Assembly: GCA_963771395.1 (NCBI GenBank)
Contig: CAVYTY010000022.1
Location: 10,023-74,022, forward strand
Direction: 5' to 3'
DNA: 64,000 nucleotides
Source: an uncultured Acidobacteriota bacterium
GTDB taxonomy: Bacteria > Acidobacteriota > Vicinamibacteria > Vicinamibacterales > 2-12-FULL-66-21
The stretch's first letter is position 1; the number at the start of each line of letters is the position of its first letter. Positions 53,901-64,000 of the stretch are shown here, piece by piece. A program made the position numbers and the translations under genes. The notes under the pieces are model-generated. The model was given only the letters and a program-made list of their open reading frames with translations, was not told the origin of the DNA and made no database searches.

Positions 53901-56900
53901 CTACTTCTTCCTGGCCAGCGATTCGTAGTATCGGGCGATCAATTCGTCGATAGTCGTCTGGCACACGGTCGCTTCCGCCGGCGTTCAGACGGTCCTGCAG
54001 GCTTTTCCGCGCCGCTCGGCGATGACCGACGCCTCGTACCTGTCGAGCGCGGAGTCGACGTCCTTGCGCAGCGATTCCCACTTCGAAAAGTCCTGCTTGA
54101 AGGCTTCCGTGCCCTTGTCGACGGCACTCCATTCGTGCTGCTCGGGGGTCGCCCCGCCGAGTGCCGTGCCGGGCGAGCCGCGCTCGAGCCGGGATAGCGA
54201 TTCACGCGCCCCCTGCAGCTCCTTCGCGTACTGCTCGCGAAGGCGCTGCGCGTCTTGCCCTTGGTTCGGGTTGCCGCCGGGCGCTCGTGCCCTCGCCCGC
54301 CCGGCTGCCGGTGCGCCCTGGCCCTGTCCCTGGCGCCCGGCCGAGTTCCTGGCGTCAGCCTCGCGCACCTGGCGCTCGAGCCGATCGAGGCGGTCGCGCA
54401 TCGCGCGCGCCTGCTCGAGCTCGCGCGACAAGTCCTCGGCACCAGCGCGGCGCCGCCCAGTTGATCGACGATCTGGTCGAGGGCCCGCGCAATCTGCTGT
54501 TCGGCCTCCGCCGCTCCCGGCCGAGGCGCGGGTTTGGCGGCGCGTCCAGCCGCGCTCTCCGCGCCGCCCGGGTCGCGCATCTGCCTGGCGGTCTCACGCA
54601 TGCGGCCGGCAATCTGCTGTCGGGCAATCTCTCGTGCCGCCGCGGCCGCCGGCGCTTCTTTGCCGGACGGTGCCTGCGGAGACGGCTTGTCGGCGCCCGC
54701 GAGCCTGCTCGGCCGTGCGCTGCAGCGCATCGACCCGATCGGCGAGCTTGTCTTTCTCCCCGGAGAGCCGCCTCCAGGCATCGGCGTTCGCCGCGATCGG
54801 CGCCCTTCGCGAGCCGGGCCGCTTCGCCGGCGATGCGCCGCTGCTCGTCGGCGATCTGCTGGGCCTCGAGGCGCAGTTCACCCGGCGGCGCGCTGCTGCG
54901 CCTCCGGGTTGTCGCGGCGCATCTGCTGTTCGAGCTGACGGAGGCCGGCCGCCGCACGCTCGCCCCGGTCCGCGGCGGCTGCCGGCGACTGTCGCTGCAG
55001 CTCCGCCCGCTGCGCTTCGCATCTGCTCGGCTCGCGTCGCGCATCGCGCCGCCCCCGGCCTGAGTTGGCTGCGGCGATGCGCCACGCTGCGGTTGGCCGC
55101 CCTGCTGGCCCATCTGGCGCGTCAGCTCCTCGGCCTGTTGGCGAAGCTCCTCTTGCTCCCGCGTCAGTTTTTCGAGCTGCCGCTTCAGCTCGTCGCCGGA
55201 CGGCGCCGCATTGGCGAGCTCGCGTTGCCGCCGGCTCAACTCTTCCTGCCGGCGGGCAAGATCGCGGATGCGGTCGAGCGCGCTCTCGCCTTCCTGCTTG
55301 TCGGCGCGCGCGTCGGTCTGCGAGCGCGTCTCGTAGTTGGTGCGCTGCTGCCGCTGCAGCTCCTTGTCGAAGAGCGCCGAGAGGTCCTGGCCCTGCCGGC
55401 CGAGCCCACCCATCGAGGCCCCGGCCTGCTGCGCCACCTCGCGTCTCCTCACCTCGGCCTGCGCCTGCAGCAACCCCTGGAGCGCGGCCATCTCGTGCGG
55501 CAGCGCCTCGTCGGTGCGCCGCCCCTCCAACTGATCGATGGCGCGCGTCATCGCCGAGATCGCCGCGCCCACCGGATCGGACGACGGCCGGACGCCCTAG
55601 CTGACGCGGGGGCGTCAGCTGCTGAGGAAAGCGGATCGCTCCGCGTCCCCGTCCCGTGCGGGACGCCATCTGCTCGGCGCGACCTCTTCAGTTCGGCCTG
55701 CGCCGCGGCAATCGCGGTGATGTCGCCGGCCGAGCGGCCCGCGCCCGACGCCGCGCGCCGCTCGATGTTCCAGGTCGCGTTGATGATCTCTTTCTGCGCG
55801 GCCACGAGCGTCTCGATCTGCTCGCTCGCCATGCCGGACATGGCCTGGCTCTGCGACAGCACGAACTCCTCGGAGAACGGCCGGACCTCGAGGAAGAACA
55901 TGTCGCTTCTGGTCTCGGTCGGCCGCTTGCCGCGCCCGACGTCGCGCGCGCGGGCATAGTAGGTGATGACGTCGCCCGGCTGAACGCCGAGATCCTCGGC
56001 CGCCAGCGTGTGCGTTCCGGCCCTGGCGCGGTCAGTGCCGTTGGTTCGATCGAAGGGAATGACCTTGGGCTCCCGTCCTGCTACGGCGTACACCAGCTCG
56101 AACCGCGAAATGCCGTAGTCGTCTTCGGCTCGCGCCTCGATCGCCACCTCCTCGAGCGGCGTGATCTGCTGGTCGCCCGCGGGACGGAGGATGCGCACGT
56201 CCGGCGGCCGGTCGTCCATCACCCGCAGAAAGTACTCCGTGTCGCCCGAGGTGCGGAGACCATCGCGATCGGTGAGCCCGATGCGATACGAATCGTCTCG
56301 CGCGAGGACCAGATCCCCTTCGAGCACGCGGTCGCCCGTCGGCTGCAGCGCGCCGGACCCGCCTGCCTTGACGCCGGCCGCGAACACCATCTGGCCCGAC
56401 GCAATCGGCTTGTCGGTGTGCACACGCACGCGGACCTTCGTGCCCGCCGGCGCATAGATATCGCCGCCGTCGCGTTCCTCGCGCGGCGGGAGGTTGGCGA
56501 AGGCCGGATACTCGTACCTCAGGTCGATCCGCGCCACGCGCGGGCCGAAGAGCGCCGTGACGGTGTAGTCCGCCGAGCGCCTCGAGCCGGCGGTCACCCG
56601 GTATCGGAAGGTGCGGTCGATCGACTCGAACGAAAACTGAAAGCCTTCGCCGTCCGGCGTCATCGCCACGGTGCGCGCGTCCGGCCCGGCTTCGACAGTC
56701 AGGCGCGGCGTGAAGCGCGTCAGAAGCTGCGGCCCGCGCGCACCGACGCCCGGATCGTCAGCGGCTGGCCGGCGGGCACGCGCGCATCGCCCGGCAGGAC
56801 CTGCACGTGAATCGAGCTCGGGAAGACGGTGATCCATGCGGCCTCGGACGCCGTCGCCAGCACGGCCACGCGAGCGCGATGGACACGGCGAGCACGGTCA

Positions 56901-57376
56901 TCCCAGCCACCGCCTCCGCACCCGCACGTCGCAGCGCGCGGGCCGTCACGATGCCGGCGGCGCCGATGGCCTCGAGGCGCCGAACGGCCGATTCCACGAC
57001 CAGGTCGCGAAAATCGACGGACTCCGACTGTCCCACGGCGTCCACGGCGCTCACCAGCACATCGTCGAACGGGGCCACATCGGTTCGCGTCGCGACGCGC
57101 TCTTCGACGAATCGCGCGATCTGCGCGGTTGCGGGGCGTCCGGCCGAGCCGCCATGCGGTCATGGCGACGGCTGCCAGCACAGCCAGGCCCATCGTGGAC
57201 GCCAGCACCATCAGCGCGCCATCGTCTGGCGCGAGCCACGCGGCCAGGGCGACACCCGCCAGCACGGGCGCGGCGGCGAGCACGGCTCCGCGGCCCACCG
57301 CGCGCAGAACGACCTCGGCGCGCCATCGGCGCCGGACGCTGAGGAGCAACGAGCGGAGCTGGTCGTGGACTGTCAC
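53901..57376 (-). CDS. DUF4175-like large membrane/coiled-coil protein; several frameshifts
   Basis: YEYPAF, DDRPPDVRILRP, AEDDYGI, GDVITYYARARD, VRPFSEEF; Gln-rich coils; ends PDDYRRLIARYYESL-like. Confidence 0.65.
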
Positions 57377-59258
57377 GCGCGCCCTACTACTGATTCTGCA
57401 ACCAGTGTAGCAATCATCAGGACCAGACCGTACTGCCAATAGCTCTGTCGCGACTCGGTCTGCTGAGCCTGGTTATCCGGGCGTTTGGTGACGTCGCCTC
57501 GCCCGATCGCCGCACCATGCCCTCGAAATCCATCGGCGCCGCATCCGATCGAGCGCGCTTTCACGCGCGTCGACGTTGACTGCAAACGGTCGATTGTCCG
57601 GAGCTCGATACACGCCCGGGACCTGGCGCGTCCCTGCGGGCGCCTGGGCTACGGTGTACTCCCGGGGCTCGCGCCGATCGCCGGCCACGTAACGCAGGGC
57701 TTCGATCGCGAACGGTACGAACGCGGGGTGCAGTGGAAAGTCGTTCCATCGGCGGTCGACGTCGGAGGCAAAGAGCACGACGCGTCCCTGTCCAAGCGGC
57801 CGCTCGAGCAGCGCAGGCGATCCGTTCGAGAAGCGCGCCACGATGGACCAGCCCTCGGGCGACACGCGCCACGACGCGATCGAACCGCACCTGACCGAGG
57901 TTCGCGGCCAGGGCGCCGAACGGCCGGAAGATCGGATGGCGCAGGTCGGTCGCCGCGAGCGTCAGCGGCCCGCTCTGCTCGACCGCCGTCAATGCCGGCT
58001 GCCAGCCCGTCATCTCGGCAAGAACCGCGACCTCGAGATCGGACGCCGCGGCGACGAACAGCCCGCCGCCGCTCTTCACGTAGGTCATCAGCCGATCGCG
58101 CGCGGCCCGCTCGAGCCCGCGGGTCGACAGCAGCGCCACTCCCCGATAGTTCGACACCTCGTCGTCCGACATGGCCGAAACGCGCGCGATCCGGAGACGA
58201 CCTCGACGGCATCGGCCGACGTGGTGGCGAGCGCGCGCGACACGTACAAGAGCCGCCGGCCTGCCGCTGGCTTTGTACAGCGCCGGCTCATCGGCCGTGA
58301 TGATGAGCGCCTTCGGGGCACCACGGGATCCGAGCGCGACGAACCGCGCGTTGTCGGCCGGCAGCCCCTCGGCATCGTCGACGCGACGCTGAGCGTGCCG
58401 GCGTCCGGGGCACGCCACACGATCGACGCGTCGATCGTCGCGCCGGGCGGTGCGGTATAGTCGGCAGCCGCGACTTCCTGTCCGTCGAGCAGGGCCCGGA
58501 CACGGCCGGTGCTGCGCGGTTGCGCCGCCGTTTCGGATCGTGGCGACAACGCGGTCGGCGCCAACGGTCGCCGCCGTCACGGCGAGGTTGCTGGGGACGC
58601 CGTCCTTCGAGACGTCTTTGACGTCGTTCGAAGACGTCCTTGACGTCCAGCACCCACCCCGCCGGCAGCGAGGACGAGGACTCCCCTTCCCAGCCTGCGC
58701 GCTGCAGGTCGGTGACGACGACCAGCCGTCCCGGCGCACCGGCGGCAATGTCGAGCGCCTGTTGAAACACCGGGCCGTAGCGTGTCGCGCCGAACCCGGG
58801 GGCAAGCCCGTCGAGCGCCGCACGGGCGTCCTGCAGCGCCGCCGGGCGCGGCGATCACATCCGCGCGATCATCGAACGCCACGACCGCGATGCGTTCGCC
58901 GCTGGCGGCCTGGTCAATCGCCTCGCGAGCCAGCTCGAGTGCCCGGGCAAAGACGCCCGGCGCGCCCATGCTGTAGGACCGATCAATCGCCACCACCCGC
59001 ACGGGTGCGGGCGCCGCTCCCTGAACATAGGGTCTGGCAAACGCAGCGGCGAGCAGCAGCAGCGCGACGACGCGCGCGACGAGCAGGAGGAGATCACGAA
59101 TCCGGCGGCGATCGCGCGCGCTCGACCGGCGCCCGGTGCAACAGCCGAACCGCCGTGAACGGCACGTCTGGTGCCACGTCGCGCCGCAGGAGGTGCAGCA
59201 CGATGGGGATCGCGATGGCCAGGCCGCCGAGCAGGAAGGCTGGATACAGGAAAGACAT
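57373..59258 (-). CDS. BatA-domain plus vWA protein; several frameshifts
   Basis: MSFLYPAFLLGGLAIAIPIVLHL, LLAAAFARP, AIDRSYSMG, VVTDLQ, WNDFPLHPAFVP. Confidence 0.78.
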
Positions 59259-59341
59259 GGTTCAGGGGTTCATAGGGTTCATTAGGTTCAAGGGGTTCAA
59301 GGGGTTCATTGGGTTCATAAGGTTCACGGGTTCGAGGTTCA
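59259..59341. repeat. 9-nt period TGAACC tandem repeat (single arm) inside an operon
   Basis: On the minus strand it runs from the DUF58 stop TGA(ACC) to TGAACC-ATG of the BatA gene. Confidence 0.85.
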
Positions 59342-60251
59342 CTTGCGCCGGGCGCGCGCCGCAAGGTACGCCGAGCAAGGCGAAATCGAGCGGCTTCGAT
59401 GTGTCGAGCTGCCGGTAGTCGATGCCGGCACCCCGCAGATCGCGTTCGTATCGCCGCCTCAGCTCTTCGAGCGCGTGCAGGTATGCCGACCGGATGCTCG
59501 TCGGCTCCGCGGTGACTTCGTCGGCGCTCTCGAGGTCCTTGAAACGCGAGGAGCCGTGGAACGGGAACGTCAGCTCGTTCGGATCGAGCACCTGAAACAC
59601 GATGACGTCGTTTCCGCGGGACCTGAGGTGCTTGAGGCCCTTGATGATTGGTTCCGGATCGTCCAGCAGATCCGAGATGAGCACCACGAGGCTGCGCCTG
59701 ACCAGCGCCTCGGCCAGCTGCTGCAGCGGCCGCCCGAGATCGGATCGTCGGCCGGGCTCGAGGCGTTCGAGCGCGATGAGCAGACTATGCAGGTGTCCGC
59801 GCCGCGCACTGGCGGGCAGCCGGAACACAATCTTGTCGTCAAACGCGATGAGGCCGGCTGCGTCGCGCTGGCGGTTCATCAGAAACGCCAGCGAACCGGC
59901 GAGCACCGAGCCGTATTCCATCTTGCTCATCGCCGCCGCGCCCCGGTAGGCCATCGACGCGCTGACGTCGAGCAGGAGATGACACTCGAGGTTGGTGTCT
60001 TCCTGGAATTTCTTGACGTAGTGCCGATCGCTGCGCGCGTAGACCTTCCAGTCGAGCGTGGACAGGTCGTCGCCCGGGAAGGTACTGCCGGTACTCGGCG
60101 AACTCGACGCTGAAGCCTTTGTAGGGACTCCGGTGCAGCCCTGACAGGAACCCCTCCACCACCGTCCGCGCCTTCAGCTCCATGGTCCCCAGCCGCGCGA
60201 TGACGGCCGGATCGAGGAACCTCAGCTCGCGTGGGTGGAGGTCGCGGGCAT
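59339..60251 (-). CDS. DUF58 protein, frameshifted
   Basis: [42 protein letters not shown]. Confidence 0.9.
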
Positions 60252-60254
60252 CGG

Positions 60255-61301
60255 CTACATCCCGCTCTGCGGCACGGGCACCGCTTCGAGCAGCCGCTCG
60301 ACAATCGTGTCGGGCGTGACGCGCTCGGACTCGGCGTAGAAGTTCAGAATCAGGCGGTGCCGGAGCACGGGCAGCGCCAGCGCCTGGATGTCGGCGACCG
60401 ACACGTGATAGCGCCCGTGAATGAGCGCGCGGGCCTTCCCCGCCAGGATGAGGGCCTGTGACGCCCGCAGCCCGGCGCCCCACTTGACCCAGTCGGTCAC
60501 AAACGCGTGGCCGCCCTGCCGTCCCGGCCGCGACGCGTCGACGAGCCTGACCGCATACCGCGCGATCTCCTCGGCGACGATGACCTGTCGCACGAGCTGC
60601 TGGATCTCGAGGATCTCCGACCCGCTCAACACCCGCAGCGGCGTCTCGGTCGTCACGCCGGTCGTCTGCGTGACGACCCTGACCTCTTCGTCCTCGCCGA
60701 GGTAGGTCATCACGATATTGAACATGAAGCGATCGAGCTGCGCCTCGGGCAGCGGATAGGTGCCTTCGAGCTCGATCGGATTCTGCGTGGCCAGCACGAA
60801 GAACGGCCGGTCGAGCGCATAGGTGCGCCCGGCGGCCGTGACGTGGTACTCCTGCATCGCTTCGAGGAGCGCGGCTTGCGTCTTGGGCGGCGTACGGTTG
60901 ATCTCGTCTGCGAGGATGATCTGCGCAAAGATCGGCCCCGTCACGAACCGCAGCGATCGGTGGCCGTTCTCCTCGTCGAGGACCTCCGTGCCCGTGATGT
61001 CGGCGGGCATGAGGTCGGGCGTGAACTGGATGCGCTTGAACGACAGGTCGAGAATCTGCGCGACGGTCTTGATGAGCAGCGTCTTGGCGAGGCCCGGGAC
61101 ACCGGTGATCAGGCAGTGCCCGCCGGTGAACAACGCGATGAGCACCTGATCGATCACCGGGTCCTGCCCGACGATGACCTTGCGGATCTCGGCGAGGATG
61201 CGCTCGCGCCCCTGCGCGACGCGTGCGGCCACTGCGGCGATGTCTCCCGAGGGCGAGTCTGTCGTGTCCGGCCGTGGGCGGATGGTCGTCAGCGGGTTCA
61301 T
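60255..61301 (-). CDS. moxR: MoxR-family AAA+ ATPase
   Basis: [64 protein letters not shown]. Confidence 0.95.
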   Translation of the reverse strand: MNPLTTIRPRPDTTDSPSGDIAAVAARVAQGRERILAEIRKVIVGQDPVIDQVLIALFTGGHCLITGVPGLAKTLLIKTVAQILDLSFKRIQFTPDLMPADITGTEVLDEENGHRSLRFVTGPIFAQIILADEINRTPPKTQAALLEAMQEYHVTAAGRTYALDRPFFVLATQNPIELEGTYPLPEAQLDRFMFNIVMTYLGEDEEVRVVTQTTGVTTETPLRVLSGSEILEIQQLVRQVIVAEEIARYAVRLVDASRPGRQGGHAFVTDWVKWGAGLRASQALILAGKARALIHGRYHVSVADIQALALPVLRHRLILNFYAESERVTPDTIVERLLEAVPVPQSGM

Positions 61302-61308
61302 CAATTGA

Positions 61309-62128
61309 TCAATGCGTCAGCGAGTAAACGATTTCGTTGATCTGCATCCGGTAGGCCTGCGCGGTGAACCGGACGTACCCGGGATATTCGGCCGCGTTCG
61401 ACCACTCCCAGCCGTCGCCCATGTCGGTGTTCCAGTTGATGAGGACCATCGCGCGGCCGGTGTCGTCTTCGATGGCGCGCAGGCGGGCGACAAAACCGGC
61501 CTTCTCCCACGTCCGACCCTGCAGAAACGACCCGAGGCCGGGCGTCTGCGGATACTCGTCGATCTTGTAGAAGCAGTGAAAGATCGGATGCTCCGGCGGC
61601 AGATCGACAATGGCGCGATCCGGAAAGACCCGCTTCATCTGCCGCTCGAGGTTCGCCCACTCGATCGGACCGTGGAAGTCGTCGAACGTCATCGTCCCGC
61701 CGCGCAGCAGGAACTCGCGGAGAATCTCGACCTCGTTGTCCTTGGGAATCCAGGTGCCCGGCTCGACGAGGTAAATCCAGGGATAGGTGAAGAGCGCCGG
61801 GTCGTCGATCGACACGACCGCGGGCTCGTTGACCTGGATCGACGTGACCGTCTTGACGCGTCTCGAGAGGTTCTGCTCGGCCGCCGGGTAATCGATCGTC
61901 CAGCACTCGTCGTAGGTGTCGCAGCCCGAGAGCCCCGGCAGCTTGGACCCGTCGTAGCGGATGCGCGCGAACGTCCACTGCAGACCGGCAAACCGGCTGT
62001 CGACCCGCGCCGCGTTCTGCGCGCCGGCGTCGTCTGGCGCCAGCACTCCGGTCGCGACCCAGAAGAGCACGCTGGCCGCGCCCAGGACGAGATGCCAGTC
62101 GCGCGAGACCCGGTCGGCGTGTCGTCAT
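61309..62128 (-). CDS. DUF4159 protein; indel near start
   Basis: FARIRY, WTIDYPAAEQNL, LREFLLRGG, DDFHG, HPIFH, NTDMGDGWE. Confidence 0.85.
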
Positions 62129-64000
62129 GGCAACCTGGGTTTGTCCCTGGACGCCGGCGCCTGACCGCCATCGATAGCCTTGAGCAGCAGGTCCTGCGCG
62201 CGCTCGAAGCTCGGCGCGATCTCGAGCGCGGCGAGCGCCTCCCGTTTGGCATCGGCCGCGCGGCCCGCGAGCAGGTAGCTCTCGGCCAGGTCGCAGTGCG
62301 CCGAGGCGCGATCGGCCGGACCGATGGCGAGCGCCACCTTGAACTCGCGCATGGCGACGGCCGCGTCGCGCGACCGGATCGCCACGCGGCCCAGCCCGGT
62401 ATGGCCTGCCGCGTCGAACGGATCGAGCTCGACGATCCGATCGTTGGCAAAGGCCAGGACGCTCTGATCGCCGGTCTTCGCCGCGAGCTCGGTCAGCCGG
62501 CGCGCCGCGTCGATGGCGTTGTGATCGTGGACGAGCAGGGCCCGGTATTCCTTGATGGCGCGAGCCGGATCGCCGAGCTGCTCCGCGAGGCGGCCCATGA
62601 TCGCGTGCGGGCTGTCGGCGCCGGTCGCGATCGGCACCAGCGCCGCGGCCTTCTCGAGCGGCTCGAACGCCTCTTTGTCCCCCTGCTTGGCCAGCGCCGC
62701 GCCGAGGGCCAGCTGCGCGCGATAGCTTCCCGGCCGGTCCGCCGCGGCCAGCTTGAGCGCCGCGATGTCGCCGCTCTGGCGATCGTCGACCGGTTGCAGG
62801 CTTGGCCGGCTTGGCACACGTCTTTCAGCGCCGCGCGCAGAGCGCCGAAGCGCTGGTCCAGCATCTTGTCGAACGTCCCCTGTAGCTCGTCGATGGAGAT
62901 GCCCAGGCCTTTGCTGATCGGCGGCGTCGCCTTCGACGCCGTCGCCGTAAAGGCGCAGGAGCGTGCGCAGCGCCGCCTCGCCGCGCGTCGCGACGATGTG
63001 CTCGACGAGCAGCGACGCCTGGTAGTACGAGAGCGCGATGGTGTCCGGCTTGGTGAAGCCCGAATTCAGATCGCGCAACTTCAGCACCTGCCCGCGCTCG
63101 AGCGCCAGCACGAAGGGGATCTTCCATGTCGCTGCCCCACGACGGCTTCTCGCGGCGTTCTTCGTAGACGGAAATGCCTTCGGTCAACCAGCGCGGCACG
63201 CGTTGATTGGACATCTGCAGCGTGACCACGTGCGCGAGCTCGTGCCAGAGCGTCTCCTGCCAGGAGAAGTCCCGGGCGGCTTCTTGGCCTTCGGCGAGTC
63301 CATGCTCACGACGCGGCCGAAGCAGGCGCCCAGCGCGCCGACGAGGCCGGGGAGCCCGAGGTTGCGGACCGCGAAGTCGTCGTGGACCGGAAAGACCTCG
63401 ATGAGGATCGGCCCTTTCGGCGTGAACTCGTACGCCGCGGACAGCTTCTTGAAGGCGTCCTTGCGCCAGCGGGATGGCGTACTCGCGCAGGACCTTCGCC
63501 TCGCCCGGATCGAACTTGAACACCAGATCGCCGTCCGCCACGACCTCGAACTTCTCGAGCTTGTCGAGCAGACCGAGGAGATTGATCGTCACGCGGTCGA
63601 AGGGAAAGGCCTTGAACGCGGCGTCGAGCACGCGCCGCGCTTCGCTCTCGTCGCCCGTTCGCATGAGGTGCAGACCGAGATCGGTCTGCGCGCGGATATT
63701 CGACGGTGACAGCGCGAGCGCGCGCCGCGTCAGCGCAACGGCCTCGTCGAAGCGATAGAGGCGCGCGGCCAGATCGCCGGCGACGCGGTAGACCTCGCCG
63801 AAGGCCGGATTGATGGCGAGCACGCGCGCCACCTCCGCGTCGAACGTCGCCTTGTCGTCGCGGACGTAGGCAATTGCGCCGACGAGCGCCCGGGCATCGA
63901 GGTGCGAATCGTTCTGCGCGAGCACGCGGTCGATCCGCTCACGCGCGGCAGCATAGCGTGTGTTGTCGAGCTCGAGTTCGGCGAGGAACAAGTGCGCGTC
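62125..64000 (-). CDS. TPR protein with gluzincin (peptidase MA-like) domain; 5' end off the window, frameshifted
   Basis: TPR helices, TLWHELAHVVT, PRWLTEGISVYEE, SYYQAS. Confidence 0.78.

Noticed and set aside
59262-59345. NPMNPLNPL peptide repeat at the DUF58 C-terminus
   Set aside because: This is read-through into the DNA repeat caused by an indel; the true stop is at 59339-59341.
3906-64000. Widespread pseudogenisation or programmed frameshifting
   Set aside because: Single-base indels hit many genes, including gltA, phoU and pstB, while motifs stay intact and in-frame stops are not seen. Long-read consensus error is the simpler explanation.

Overview
High-GC bacterial DNA whose gene content suggests Acidobacteriota (Vicinamibacteria-like); this taxonomy is inferred, not measured. 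Many genes carry single-base frameshifts, including citrate synthase, phoU and phoB, which points to unpolished long-read errors rather than real pseudogenes. About 1-39.7 kb is a phosphate-starvation and polyphosphate island. It holds two pstS-pstC-pstA sets, an OprO/P-type porin, two TonB-dependent receptors, a PhoB-type regulator with no sensor, four phosphatases or phosphodiesterases, arsC/arsR/chrA, glgC and a shortened mgtE. It ends with a ppk1 fragment, sixA, CHAD, ppx, two thymidylate-kinase-like genes, pstB and phoU. The best candidate for an under-described system is that tandem TMK-like pair, one with an intact and one with a degenerate P-loop, coupled to ppx beside a ppk1 remnant with no catalytic domain; it may be a heteromeric polyphosphate kinase. 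Pho-box-like 11-bp periodic repeats precede the pst genes, phoB, ppx and three small unknown proteins ending in GW. About 39.7-50.6 kb holds yacG, gltA, an M28 peptidase, a LeuA-like enzyme, an FHA-GAF-PP2C protein, a metal-uptake operon led by a CxxC/RSPP leader peptide, and a rhomboid protease. About 50.6-64 kb is a MoxR/DUF58/BatA/DUF4175/DUF4159/TPR-peptidase operon. Short-period (about 7 and 9 nt) intergenic repeats and hairpins recur. No rRNA, tRNA, CRISPR array or transposase was seen.
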